This document shows, in pieces, positions 31,033 through 43,693 of a stretch of 64,000 nt of DNA; the stretch's first letter is position 1; each line of letters starts with the position of its first letter. The stretch spans positions 45,346 to 109,345 of the forward strand of contig JAXGQI010000001.1 of NCBI GenBank assembly GCA_040766525.1, given 5' to 3'. Below the pieces are notes generated by a model. It was given only the letters and a program-made list of their open reading frames with translations, ran no database searches and was not told the origin of the DNA. Origin of the DNA: Clostridiales bacterium (GTDB lineage Bacteria; Bacillota; Dehalobacteriia; UBA7702). Position numbers and translations under genes: made by a program.

Positions 31033-32748
31033 TTAAAGCATCGAAGCCCCTTCGGCAGTAGCGCCGGCGGCACGGGAAAATAATCCCAAGACGCCGCCTT
31101 GCTCTGTTTTCTTATTCACCCAATTTGAAGCCCGTTCCTGTAAAATGCGGTCGATCTCGCCGGGATCTTTTCTTTCCCCTTTGCAACCCACGATTGCCAA
31201 AACCCGCTCGGGGATATCGATTGTGATCAGATCTCCCTCCTCAACGAAGGCAATGGGACCGCCGAGAGCCGCCTCAGGCGCAACATGGCCGATGGCAGGG
31301 CCTCTGGTCGCACCGGAAAAACGGCCGTCGGTCACTAAAGCCGTCGTCGCACGCAGTTCCGGCCGATTAAATAAGGCTTCCGTCGTCTTTAACATTTCCG
31401 GCATGCCCGAACCTTGGGGGCCTTCATAACGAATGATAATAATATCTCCGGGTTTGATTTGATTGGCCAAGATTGCTTCGATCGCATCTTCCTCCGAATC
31501 AAAGGGTTTTGCAGGCCCGGTATGCTGGTGCATCTTCGGATCTGCCGCCGCATGCTTCACCACAGCTCCCGCAGGAGCTAAATTCCCTGTCAGGACCGCC
31601 ATGCCGCCACCAGCATAATACGGCGCCGAAAGAGGTTTAATCACATCTTCCGGCTTCAATCCGAAATTCCGTAAATACGCATAATTATTTTGGAAGAAAC
31701 CGGATTTCTCCAACTCATCCAAATTCTCACCCAAAGTTTCCCCGGTGACGGTCATCTGATCCAAATGCAGGTATTCTTTAATCGCCATCATGATCCCCGG
31801 CACGCCGCCGGCAAACCACAGGATCTGTGTGGGCCAAGCGCCCGATGTTTGCAGAGACACCAAAACCGGGATTTTCCGATGGATACGGTCAAAATCCAGA
31901 GCCGAGATTTTCACTCCGGCTTGCCGTGCAATCGCAGGCAAGTGGAGGGTCGCATTGGTGGAACCGGAGATAGCGGCATGGACCATAATCGCATTTTCAA
32001 AGGCTTTCGGCGTCAAAATATCTTTGGGAACGATTGACTTTTTCAATAATTCCAATACTTGTTTCCCGGCCCGGTCGGCATAATGCTTAATGAAATTGGA
32101 CCAGGCAGGCATCAATGCATTCCCCGGTAAAGATAACCCTAACGACTCGGACATGACCTGCATCGTGCTGGCAGTACCCATATATTGGCAAGCCCCGGCG
32201 CTGGGGCAGGAATTGACCTGATACACAAGCTGTTCTGCCTCGGTCATCTTCCCTTCCCTCACCTTGTCCCCGGTTTCGTAACAGATCACGGCATTAATGA
32301 AATCGGGGCCGGGCATCATGGAACCACCGCAAAAATGGATCGCAGGCAGATCCAACCGGGCTAAAGCCATCAAATGGCCGGGGGTCGCCTTATCGCAGGA
32401 AGAAAAGGTAATCATCGCATCGAAAGCAGCCGACCTGGCATGGATTTCCACCATGGCGGAAATAATATCCCGGGAAACCAAAGAATAATTCATCCCGTTA
32501 TGTCCACAGGCCACACCATCACAAATATCGGTCGTCGTATAGACAGCCGGCTTTCCCCCGGATTTATAAACCCCCAATTTGGCATTTTCCACAAGCTGAT
32601 TCAAGTGGGCACTGCCGGGATGGCTATCCCCATAAGTACTCTCTAAAAGCACCTGGGGTCGCTTAAGATCATCCGGGGTCCAACCGGTACCCAGTAACAG
32701 GGGATCATATTCCGGGTTTAAAGCGCGGGATTTTTGACTACACAACAT
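31033..32748 (-). CDS. ilvD: IlvD/EDD family dehydratase (dihydroxy-acid or sugar-acid dehydratase)
   Basis: 571 aa intact; CDKATPG Fe-S ligand motif, SGGPxxG and the C-terminal domain are conserved. Confidence 0.8.
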   Translation of the reverse strand: MLCSQKSRALNPEYDPLLLGTGWTPDDLKRPQVLLESTYGDSHPGSAHLNQLVENAKLGVYKSGGKPAVYTTTDICDGVACGHNGMNYSLVSRDIISAMVEIHARSAAFDAMITFSSCDKATPGHLMALARLDLPAIHFCGGSMMPGPDFINAVICYETGDKVREGKMTEAEQLVYQVNSCPSAGACQYMGTASTMQVMSESLGLSLPGNALMPAWSNFIKHYADRAGKQVLELLKKSIVPKDILTPKAFENAIMVHAAISGSTNATLHLPAIARQAGVKISALDFDRIHRKIPVLVSLQTSGAWPTQILWFAGGVPGIMMAIKEYLHLDQMTVTGETLGENLDELEKSGFFQNNYAYLRNFGLKPEDVIKPLSAPYYAGGGMAVLTGNLAPAGAVVKHAAADPKMHQHTGPAKPFDSEEDAIEAILANQIKPGDIIIIRYEGPQGSGMPEMLKTTEALFNRPELRATTALVTDGRFSGATRGPAIGHVAPEAALGGPIAFVEEGDLITIDIPERVLAIVGCKGERKDPGEIDRILQERASNWVNKKTEQGGVLGLFSRAAGATAEGASML

Positions 32749-32836
32749 ATCGTTCCCTCCAATTTTATGATTTTCATACTCCTATTCCGGTAAAGCGCTG
32801 CTTACCGGCAAAATATCGGGTGGCGACAAGGTCGAT

Positions 32837-34141
32837 TCATAAACCAGTTCGATATCGAAGCAAATTATCCTCTTCATCAAAGGACAATTCCAGGGGCTCG
32901 CTCATAATTTCCAGCATTGTATGGGCGCGCACTTCATCCAACAACGCTTCGGAAACAACCATCTCGTCCAAACGGGAAGTATTTTGGATAAATACGATCC
33001 TCGCTTCCTCATCGGATTCGGGGCAACTGGTGCGCAAAGCCGCCTGGATCACCTCGCGGTCATTCTCCAATACACAAGGAATCGCCGCATATTCCGGCGC
33101 CATGGAAGTAACGCAATTCATAACCGTATCATGGATATTGATCGCATCGAATACACGGCTGGGAACAAAATCGGCCAATCCAATCCCGCAGGCATTTCCA
33201 TGGGTTCCCGGGGTGAGACTCAAAACAACAATGCGCTTAATGCGCGGCTCCAGGGGTTCCTTTTGGCCAAGCAAGTGAATCCTGCCGACGATTTTGCTGT
33301 CCATCCCACCGCCGCAGACATTCTTACCGATTTCTCCAATCATCAAGATATCAAGATCGGAAAACGGGATCTTGCTACTTTTCTCTTTATCTCTGATGAG
33401 CATTTCCCGTTCTTTTACCGAGATCTCTTCCGGGAGCATTCCGCAAAGTTCCGCCGTTTTCCCCTTCCAATTCTCCCGAATACCAAGCGCGAAAATAATG
33501 GGGAGCTTTTCAAACCCAACCTCGGCGATACGAACGATCGCCTCCTCATAACCGTATTTCATCGCGGCTTCATGGGCCATATAGGCTCCCTTCGGCCCGC
33601 CTAAACCGATAGTGATCATCTTATGGAGACCGCTCTCGATCTCGCCCGTAAAATCTGTGTGCTGTTTTACTCTATTGATTAAAACGAGACGGTCGACTTT
33701 GAGAGCCTCTTGATTGATATAGACCGGGATGCCTTGGGCCGTTTCTCCAATTAAGGAAGATTCACCGGTCGCCCGCAGCGGCACGCCCATGGTCTCTTCG
33801 GAAATGCCCAAATCTTTGAGGATCCCCCGCTGCCCTGGGGCGGTTCCGCCCCCATGGCTCCCCATGGCGGGGATAATTACGGGCTTACCCCCGGCTTTGA
33901 TCACGGTCTCAATAACGGCCTTCATGATGTCCACAATGCCCGATATCCCTCTGCTGCCCGCGGTAATGCCCACCGTAAGCCCTTTGAGATCCATATTTTG
34001 AACCTCAACCTTCGCCAATTCCTCAAGGGTTGCCTGATAGACGTCGGCAATCTCCGGAGCAGGGATCTCTTGTTTGATCTTCACAAATCCGTGGTAACAA
34101 TTCAACCTGCCTCCTCTCATCAAAAACCAAAAAATGCACAC
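32837..34141 (-). CDS. LarA-like (nickel-pincer-dependent lactate racemase family, DUF2088) 2-hydroxyacid racemase/epimerase
   Basis: LarA-family similarity over the full length (GSHGGG, HxxxG loops). The true start is probably internal (around KIKQEIPAP). Confidence 0.65.
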   Translation of the reverse strand: MCIFWFLMRGGRLNCYHGFVKIKQEIPAPEIADVYQATLEELAKVEVQNMDLKGLTVGITAGSRGISGIVDIMKAVIETVIKAGGKPVIIPAMGSHGGGTAPGQRGILKDLGISEETMGVPLRATGESSLIGETAQGIPVYINQEALKVDRLVLINRVKQHTDFTGEIESGLHKMITIGLGGPKGAYMAHEAAMKYGYEEAIVRIAEVGFEKLPIIFALGIRENWKGKTAELCGMLPEEISVKEREMLIRDKEKSSKIPFSDLDILMIGEIGKNVCGGGMDSKIVGRIHLLGQKEPLEPRIKRIVVLSLTPGTHGNACGIGLADFVPSRVFDAINIHDTVMNCVTSMAPEYAAIPCVLENDREVIQAALRTSCPESDEEARIVFIQNTSRLDEMVVSEALLDEVRAHTMLEIMSEPLELSFDEEDNLLRYRTGL

Positions 34142-34199
34142 TATTTACCTAAAAAAATAGTATTCTCCCTATTTTTCTTCGCTTAAAAAAAACAAGGTG

Positions 34200-35408
34200 A
34201 TGGCCAAAGAACGTTTCACTATGCAAAATCCAAATTGATCCTATCCTTTCAAATCGTTTCCTAAACACCCTTATCTTTTCTCAGAATATGGCAGTGCAAA
34301 ATATATTCCTCGGCATCCTCCATAATCTGGTCGATGTCCTGCCACTGTTTTATATTTCTTGAATTTATCTTCGATAGTTCCGATTGCTTCCGCCAATAAG
34401 CTAACATAATTTAAAATAGTAAAATCGTATTTTTCTCTTCCCGTAACGAAGACTTCATGGCAGAAATGACAGACATCAATCAGAATCTCCGCATTCGTAT
34501 CTTGCGCTTCTAAAAGCCTTTCCTCATCACATTAAAAACTCGCCGGAAATAGGAAGTGCCCCGCTGCCGCAACAGACGTTTCCTTTCCATGACGAGGGCA
34601 TTTCTTTTAATCTAAGCCCGGTATCCTTTGGATGATCTCGTACTCGGAGTGAATCAACCCCCATATATGCTGTTTTACAGGGTTCGTAAGTAGCCGCATC
34701 CTGATCTATTCTATCCTTCATAGGAGTTTTCGATATGCTCCGCCACAAATTGGGGGAAAAATACAATATTAAACGGCAATTCTGCCAAATATGAATCCAG
34801 CTCTTGAAAACGGCAGCGACAGGTTGGACACCATAAGACCAGCGTTTCCGGCTGATACGACACTGTTTCAATCAAAATTGCCCATCGCCTTTGCCCGCTC
34901 TTCAATAGCGCCGTAAAACAAATGCGCACATCACCGCAACAATGATCGAGACCGGATACAAAGGCATAGTCGATATTAATATGATCCATAATGTCCAGAG
35001 CGTCAGCAATACCGGTTGAAAGTATACATTGCAACCGGGGAAAAAGACATACTTTGCTTTTATGAGGAGAACTTGTGGTTATTTTTTGATATTCCTCTCT
35101 TTTGAGACCTGTATACTTCAATGATTCTTTGCAACGCATCTTTACTTTACGGATGATTATAATCTTCGTTTGTATCGTTTTTCTGTCAAACGCTCCCATT
35201 TGATTGTTTCATTGATCCGCATAGGTTTTAATCCCTTGGGACAGACGCCTTCCATGCATTTAAAACATTCCATGCACGCATATGCCTTTGTAAAGACATC
35301 GTCATTAGGAGCCCCATCCTGCAAAAATGCAATACACTTTTCCTGAATTTCTTTTGGAGAAACCTCCTTCAAATTCGTTTGGAAATAATCGGGCATGTTC
35401 TCACACAC
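34200..35408 (-). pseudogene. LutA/GlcF/HdrD-like (Fe-S)-binding oxidoreductase with a 4Fe-4S motif and two CCG domains; at least 2 frameshifts
   Basis: CMECFKCMEGVCP motif (35157..35408), DHCCGDV and WCPTCRC motifs (34711..35199), NVCCGSGA motif (34527..34871), in three frames. Confidence 0.55.
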
Positions 35409-35901
35409 AAACCACAGAATATGCAGTTCTCTATGACCTTCCTCTTTTCTTTCTCATAGAGCTTTAGCAGCTTATTTTCCAACCCACCTCCAATATGCGA
35501 TCCTGTCCGTTCTCGGATTCCATTCGCTCTCTTCCTGTCCTTTAACAGAGGAACAACAAAATCAAGGAAGACGCTATCATCTCTACTTTACAAAAATGAC
35601 AAAATATATAGCATTTTATAAAATTTTCAACCAACATAAAAATTCACCTTGAAAAAAGGAAATCAAATATCTCGAACAATGATCGTTTCAGGGATATCTA
35701 CTTTCGTAATTGTATCTAGAATAAGCGTGTGCTATCATAATAATATAAAGAAGTCGTTAAACCAGCGATATTATCGAAACGGAAGATTGGTATATTTGAG
35801 GATTTCTATGATTATTTTTGAATAGTTTATATAATAGATTTATCGTAAGCTGCCCATGGAAGGCTTTAACTGTGCCTACACATTTTAGGAGGTGTTTTAG
35901 G

Positions 35902-36855
35902 ATGAAATCACAGCGCAAAACCTGGGTTCTTGTATTCATATTTACCGTTTCATTGATACTATCCGGTTGCGGCAAGCCCAATGTCCAAGCACTAAAGTCT
36001 GAAAACGATATTACGGGCCTTATAAACGCACTGGGATATGACAAAGGTGATGCAGAAAGTTATGATAACGACATCCGAAGCGATGCTTATGACGCTCTAT
36101 TAGAAATCGGAAAACCGGCAGTCGATGCACTGATCAACGCCATCAATAATAATAATGAGACCATTCGCGATTCAGCCATCCGTTTATTAGGGGAAATAAA
36201 AGACGAACGGGCGATCGAGCCATTAGCTACTGCTCTGGGAAATGAAGAGTTGAAGTCTAACGCTTTATATTCAATATGCAGAATCGGAAGCGTAGAGGCA
36301 ATCGACATCTTAAGCAACTATATGAATGAAGATATTGTCCTTAAAGGCGGTCTCGTGGAAATCAATGTCAATTATGTTGAGTCCGTTTGTTCCGGCCAAG
36401 GAATCGAGGCAACACCATATCAGTCCCAAGAACCGGGCATTCACCCTGTCATAATTGTCGATGAACGCCCTTTTGAATCCTTTAGAGCATATGGATATGA
36501 AGACGATCCTTTGAATTGGAATGAATACTTACCCCTTGATTGGCAGGCCTTGGGCAGTCCGCAAGAAATAGAGCTTGTGCTCTGTTGGGGAGATGCCGAA
36601 GAAATCGTCATTGAATCGGCAACCTACGGAACAAATGACCCTGTATACGGCACGCGTGCACAGGAGAAAAAGACGGTTATATTGAGAGAAGCAGTAACTG
36701 GCAATGTTATTGCACAGGCTGATTTGCTGGGGGAAGAACCGGATGCACTTCCCGGCGGTGTTTATGTCACAGAAGATTTTAAATATGTGGGAGGGGTCAC
36801 TCCTGATATTCTCATTGAGTGGCTTAGGCCATATGTTGAAATTACGCAGAATTAA
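35902..36855 (+). CDS. HEAT-repeat lipoprotein
   Basis: Signal peptide with lipobox LILSGC, PBS-lyase/HEAT-type repeats (AIRLLGEIKDERAIEPLATALGNEE); RBS GGAGGTG. Confidence 0.65.
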   Translation: MKSQRKTWVLVFIFTVSLILSGCGKPNVQALKSENDITGLINALGYDKGDAESYDNDIRSDAYDALLEIGKPAVDALINAINNNNETIRDSAIRLLGEIKDERAIEPLATALGNEELKSNALYSICRIGSVEAIDILSNYMNEDIVLKGGLVEINVNYVESVCSGQGIEATPYQSQEPGIHPVIIVDERPFESFRAYGYEDDPLNWNEYLPLDWQALGSPQEIELVLCWGDAEEIVIESATYGTNDPVYGTRAQEKKTVILREAVTGNVIAQADLLGEEPDALPGGVYVTEDFKYVGGVTPDILIEWLRPYVEITQN

Positions 36856-36910
36856 AATGATCTTTATTGAGAAAGACCTCATGCGTAACATCACTATTTA
36901 AACACATCAA

Positions 36911-36945
36911 AGCCACCCGTTAACGGGTGGTTTTCTGTTTTGCCC
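36911..36945 (+). terminator. intrinsic terminator after the lipoprotein gene
   Basis: CCACCCGTTAACGGGTGG hairpin followed by TTTTCTGTTTT. Confidence 0.7.
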
Positions 36946-37108
36946 CCCCCGGTTGCCCTGGGACGAAAGTTAACAAACAATAATCCCCACTGGAGTTTAT
37001 ATTGTGCTTCCTTTTAAACCAGGAGAAGATCAGAATGCCAAAACAAAAGAGCGCTTTTCTGCCGGCATCAGCCCCAGACAGAGCTTTGGAAAAATCCAGG
37101 AAAACACA

Positions 37109-38135
37109 TCAAGAAACGACCCGGTTTTTCCCACTCTTTTTGGCGTCATACAATTTCATATCGGCAGCATGGATCAGGGCCGTTATTTCCTCTCCCGCAT
37201 ATTGCTTTACGCCGCCACTGATGGTGATCTTTAATCCGGGCTCAAAGCAATGATTTTCGATAGACTGTCGGATCCTTTCCCCAATCATGGACGCCATCTC
37301 AAGATCCGTATTTGAGAAAACTACGAGAAATTCTTCGCCACCGTACCTGCCGACAAGATCACTCTTCCTGATTTTGCTCTGAATGATCCCTGCAATTTCA
37401 ACAAGGACCCGATCTCCGAAGATGTGCCCTTTTGAATCATTCACTTTTTTAAAATCGTCAATATCAAACAGCGCCACTGCCAAAGGCTCCTTTGAATGAT
37501 TTGATGCTGCGATTTCAGATTTTAAATGCTCAACGATCGTGCTGTGATTGCTGATTTTCGTGAGACCGTCAAGAGCGGATTGTTCCGCCAACAGCTTGTT
37601 TTTATTCTCAAGCTCCTGTTGGATCACTTTTTTTTCGGTAATATCAAAGACAATACCGGCCAAGAAAACAGGTTTACCCGTTTGATCGTATTTCGTGATC
37701 TTCCCTCTGTCATAATACCATTTATATTTTCCGCCCTTTGTGCGGATCCGATATTCTACTTCATAAACCCCTATTTTACATGTTAAGTGATCCCGCATGG
37801 CGTTCATCGTTTTTTCATAATCGTCGGGGTGGAGCTTATCCGTAAAATACTGATGGGTGACTTTTGCGGGTATCTCGGAAACTTCACTAACCCAAAGTGG
37901 TAACTTTAAGCGGATTAAATGTCACATTATTGGTCTTGATATTCCAGTACCAATGCCCCAAATTCCCGGTCCAGGCATATTCTAATCTCGCTTCCTGTTC
38001 CTTTTCTTGTAGGAGTTGCTGATTCATCACTTCCAATTCATCCACGAGAAGAAGAAACAGCTCGTCTCTGGAAAGATCATCATACTTCACCGTTAATACC
38101 TCCTCAATCTGCCATCCACGGTTATTGATCCGCAT
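37109..38135 (-). pseudogene. PAS-GGDEF diguanylate cyclase (GGEEF), one frameshift near 37860
   Basis: PAS N-terminus in ORF 37887..38135, the remainder in ORF 37109..37807 (RYGGEEFLVVF). Confidence 0.65.
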
Positions 38136-40611
38136 TGTTCAATCCTGCTTTTTCAAGAACGCTATCGCTTCTTCCACATGCAACGGTTTGCTATAAGATA
38201 TCCCTGCATCATATCACAATGATGTTCAATTAAATACTGTTTTTGCTGCTCATACTCAACCCCTCGGCTACGACACAATGACCGAGTTTATGGGCCATCG
38301 AAATAATGTCGCCGGAAATCGCATTTTCCGGGCTGATTTCAAGTAATTTATCAACAAAGTACTTGTCTATTTTCAGGCAGTTTATGTTCAATTCCCTTTC
38401 CCGGGCGAGAGAAGAATAGCCGGTACCGAAATCATCAATCGCAACTTTGAATCCCAATCCATTCAATTGATCAAGTTTATTGTTGATCGTGGTAAAGTTC
38501 CCGGTAAAGACAGATTCCGTAATCTCTAAACCGATATTATAGGGGCTAACCCGATGCTGTTCCAAAATAGCGACAAGATCGTCCACAAACTCCTCCCGAA
38601 GTATTTGGATTGCAGATACATTGACGGACACCCTGATATCCCCATAATTCAATGCTTCCAGTTTTTTCATAAAGCCGCATGCCATGTGGATGATCTGCTT
38701 ACCGATCGGCACAATCAATTGTGTTTCCTCCGCTAGGGGGATAAATTCAGAGGGAGACACCTTACCGAGATCAGTGGAGTCGATGCGTGCCAAGGCCTCG
38801 AAACTTGTGATCTTGCCGGTCTTTAGATCCAGAATCGGTTGATACTGTAAATAAAGGGAGTTGTTCTCCCAATCATTGGCTATGTGCATGAGTTCTTCTT
38901 TAACATCTGCTTCACGCTTTAATGCGGCATCCATTTCTGCGTCAAAAAAATGGTAGCCAAACATATGGGTATCGCCAACCAACTCCGCGGCGCTGGCGGC
39001 ATTGCGAATAATGATATCGGCGTCGCAGCATCGCTCCATTAACTCGAAAACGCCGATACCGCAACCCTCAAGATGAAAAATCTGGACATTACTTACAATC
39101 TCAATGATGCTATCACAAAAATCTGCGAGCTCTTCTTTGGTATGATATCCTTGATAATAGAAGGCGAAACGCTCAAATGAGATCCGGAACAATTTACATT
39201 TGTCATGACTGAGAACCGCCAAACTTGCCGCCAGTTCTTTTACCAAATTTTCGCTGAAATTATAACCGTAGGTTAAACTGATCGAATTGATTCTCCGCAA
39301 TGCTAATAATACAATCGCTCTTTTATTTCCGGACGTTTCCAATACATCCTGTCCCAGGATATTTTCGAGATAGCGGCGGTTGTATAAGCCGGTGACAATA
39401 TCAATTTCACTCACATGCTTCAGCTTTAATTCATAATCTTTTCTATCCGTGATATCGACAATGATCCCCTCAATGGCCTCCACACTCCCCTGTTCATTAT
39501 AGATGCCTTGCCCCATTTCCAAGACCCATTTCCTTTGCCCGGTTGCCGTCACGATCTCATATTCATTTTTCAGCGGAACTCCCTGCACAAAGGCATTCTC
39601 CCAAGCAGAGCGAATTTGATCACGATTTTCCGGCACGATCAAATCAAGAAACGACACCTTGTTATACCCGATTAAGCGTTCGGGAAGATACCCGGTCAAA
39701 TCCCAACAGCCTTGCGAAACAAACTCCATGGTAAACGCATGCCTGTAAATACGGCGATATGCCATTCCGGGGAGATTGGAAAGCAACACCGCTTTGCTGC
39801 GTTCACTTTCAAAGATCGCTCTCTCCATCTCTTTTCGTTCCGTAATATCTTGGATCAAACAGATATGACTTAACTTAGATTCGTTTTTCAACTTGAGCGG
39901 AGCAACGATCATATTGACCCAAACGATCGAACCGTCGGGCTTAATGTACCGTTTTTCCACAGAAAAGCTGGAAATTTCCCCCGCTTGAATTTGCTGATAT
40001 TTCCCTAAATCCTCCTTGCGGTCATCCGGATGCGTAATTTTGACCCAACCCAGTCCTGCCAGCTCCTCTTTGGTTCTACCGGTAATCTGCTCAAACATCG
40101 GATTGATGAGAGGCTCGTGATCCTCAGAAGGATCAAAAGGAAGCTCACAATAGGATATTGCGATCCCGATCGGAGCCTGATCGAAGATCACATCAAGTGT
40201 CAAGCTGCTCTCATTGAGCTTTTCTTCATATAACTGCTGTATTCTCAAAAGCTCAAGATGCATCTCTATCCGAACCCGTAAGGAGTCAATATTGATGGGC
40301 TTTCTGATATAATCAACCGCTCCCAACTGCAATCCTTTGATCTCATTATCAATCTCATCATAATTCGTCAGAATAATGGTACGCAATTTTTGATATTGAT
40401 CGCTTGATTTCAATTTTTCCAACACCTGGAATCCGTCCATATTGGGCATTTTCAAATCAAGAATGATCAAATCAATATCTGCGTTCGTATCGATACAGCG
40501 CATCGCTTCCAGTCCGTCGCTTGCAGTTGAAATATCATAATCACGCAACATATTTTTTATGATGATACGATCCGTTGCCGAATCATCAACTACCAAGATT
40601 TTTGCTGTCAT
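38130..40611 (-). CDS. response-regulator receiver / PAS x2 / degenerate GGDEF / EAL phosphodiesterase; C-terminal 30 aa frameshifted
   Basis: REC domain (phospho-acceptor Asp in LIILDLKMP), PAS domains, a GGDEF fold lacking the GGDEF motif, and EAL motifs (EALAR, DDFGTGYSS). The true C-terminus (AEGVEYEQQKQYLIEHHCDMMQGY...) lies in other frames below 38240. Confidence 0.75.
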
Positions 40612-40732
40612 TTCTTCTCCTCCTTCTCAGAAACTTTCATCCGGTCACAACGACCTTGGGCCCGCACGACTTACCCTTCATTCACAATCTCCGAAATCTT
40701 CCGCAACAGTTTCCCTAAACCCTGAATAAACT

Positions 40733-43548
40733 CTAGCTGCAAAGCCCCGATTTCCCCTCATTTTCCTCTTCCAGGGCTTTTTGCATATGAACCTCCAAAT
40801 CATACAATGATTTTGCCCCGATGCTGCCGGAACTGCTTTTGATTTTATGGATCATTTGCGCAGCATCGGAGAATCGTTTTTCTCTAATGGCAAGAGACAG
40901 TTGTTCCGAAATATCCGCGTTCTCTTCAGCGTACACCCGCAATATTTGCTGGTATAAAGCGAGATCGCCGCCCAGGTTTCTTTGCCCGACAATGAGATCC
41001 AAGATTTCAGCCTCTTCATCCTACTTTGCTTTTCTTCCAGAATTGCCCGGACTGTTTCAATCAAATGGTCGGGATCAAAGGGCTTGCTGATATAATGATG
41101 GATTCCACATTGCTCGCATTTTTCCTTAACCCCTAAGATCACATCCGCCGTCATCGCAATGATGGGAACCCGATCCGAGATTTTCCTGATTTCCGCAGCT
41201 GCTTCATACCCATTCATCACCGGCATATGCAAATCCATTAAAATCAGGTCGATCTTATCCTTGTTTTCTTGATAGAGTTGAACTGCGGTTTTCCCTTCCG
41301 ACGCAAGCATGACCTCAAGACCGATCTGGTGCAAAAGCGCCTCCACAAGCATCTGATTCGTTTTATTGTCCTCCACGACCAAAACGCAATGGGGCAGTTT
41401 GGGCTTGACGCTATGACCCTCCGCAGCTGCGGCTATTTGTGTTGCAGCAACGGCCTCCTGCTTGAAAATATCCAGGATACCGTTAAATAGAATCGATGGA
41501 ATGATCGGTTTACCGATGCCGATTTCAACGCCGTTTTCATCCAATCTGTCAAACAAATCTTCCCGCATCATGGGAAGGAGCATCACAATCTTCGGTTTTT
41601 TAATGATGTTTTTATTATTCCGAATGGATTTTACAAATGCATAACCACCTTCAACAGGTGTTTCATAATCGACAATCATTAAATCGAAAGGTTTTGCAAA
41701 TTTACCGTCGGCAGCTTCCAACATGCTGACGGCACTTACCGGTGATGTTGTCAGTTCACAATCCATACCGAAGGCGCCGAGATAGCTTTCGATCATATTC
41801 ATATTGGAGCCGGTTTTCTCTAAAACAAGCGTCCGCACATTTTTAAAATGATCCCGGGACACATGCTTCTTCTCGTTTTCTTCTTTTACACGGTCTACCG
41901 GGAGAGAAAGCTGAATGACAAAAGTCGAGCCTTCCCCTTTCGTGCTGTAAACCTGGATTTCCCCGCCCATCATCTCCAATAGATTTTTCACGATGGACAA
42001 CCCCAAGCCGGTGCCGCCAAAACGCCGATTGATACTGATATCCCCTTGCGTAAAGGGTTCGAAAAGATTTTTGACCTGTTCTTCGGACATGCCAATACCG
42101 GTATCTTTGACCGTGAACGCCAAATGATATTGATCCGATTCTTTGGCAACCAGCTGAACATTAAGGGTTACTTCTCCGGCCGTCGTAAATTTCACGGCAT
42201 TACTCAAGATATTGAGCAGGATCTGTTCAATCCGTTTCGCGTCCCCGAAAAACCAATTGGGAATCAGCGGATCTTTTGTGAGCTTGAAACCGATTTCCTG
42301 TTCTTCAATTTTATAGGAAATAATATTGACAACATCCTGAATGCTCTGATCCAAACTGAAGGATGTGACCTCCAGCTCAACCTTCCCGGCTTCTATTTTA
42401 GAGAAGTCCAAGAGATCATTGATGATACTGAGCATATTGGTAGACGCCTGGGTGATGCGATCAATATACATTTTTTGCGTCAGGGTAATATCGGTCTTCT
42501 TTAATAAATAAGACAAACCCGTAATGGCATTGAGCGGCGTCCTGATCTCATGGGACATGCGGGCCATGAAGTTTGATTTAAAGTTATTCGCATCTTCCGC
42601 CTCTCGTTTCGCATTTTCCAAATCAGCCTGAATCCGCTTGCGCTTGCCAACTTCCTTCTTCAAACGGGCGATCCAGTAGAAGGATACCGCAAGCACAAGA
42701 ATAACCAAAGACCCGACGATAACAAGTACTTGAATAATGGCACTGTAATCCGGCTCTGTATCCAGATCAATCCATCTATTATTGATCTGGATAATTTCTT
42801 CTTCGGTAACAGTGTCCAGCGATTTATTCAAAATACTGATTAACTCGGGCCAATCTTTACGAACAGCAAAATACAAGGCCTGCTGTATCTCCGCCTCAAA
42901 GGCAACAAATTTCAAATTGGTTAAACCGTTTGATTTGATCAAATAATTGGTTGTGGCAAGATTGCCGACAAAGGCTTTTTCCGTACCGTTGGCGACGGCG
43001 GTGAGAGCAGCTTCTACGGAATCATATAAGCTGAGATTGATATCGGGAAAAGAAAGGAGATAGCTGTGATGGGAACTGTTTCGTTGCACCGCAACCGCCA
43101 AGCCCTCCAGATCTTCGATGCCTTTGATCTCCGTTTCCGTATCTCGCGTAACAATGACTCTTTTAAAATAGTAATACGGCTCCGAAAAAAGGAAAACCTG
43201 TTCTCTCTCTTCCGTTTTGGAAACAGCCGGCAAAACATCAATATTCCCTGCCAGCGCCTGATCATAAGCCTCCGGCCATGTCAACCCCTCGACGACCTCA
43301 AATTGCAGGCCGGTTTTATCACTGATCAAGGCAAGATAATCCGTAACGATACCTTTATAATCGCCATCTTTATCAATAAACTCAAAGGGCACAAAATTCG
43401 GATCAACACCAAGAAGAATGACCGGATGTTGCTCCATAAAAGCAAGCTCCTCTTTTGTCCAGTCGATACGACTGTCAATCGCATAGCCGGCAAAGGGGGT
43501 GGTCAACAAAATAATCATGCTTAAAAACAGTGTTAGAATCTTACCCAT
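40733..43548 (-). CDS. hybrid sensor histidine kinase: periplasmic SBP_bac_3 solute-binding sensor, TM, HisKA, HATPase, REC, REC, Hpt (Hpt in a shifted frame)
   Basis: H-box RMSHEIRTPLNAITG, G-box GTGLGLSIVK, two receiver domains, and an Hpt domain (HKIKSSSGSIGA) in ORF 40733..41002 after a frameshift near 40990. The start is placed at MGKILTLF. Confidence 0.75.
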
Positions 43549-43693
43549 ACTATCGCCTCCCAGAAAACATAACCCAATGGATGGCATGATCGGACAGCGA
43601 TGGCGCTTCAACCGCCGGATTTATTTATGTGTGCACATGGCTTTAAGGCACATCTTTCCGCAAATGGGACCCACTTCCGGGATTGCCATTGCG

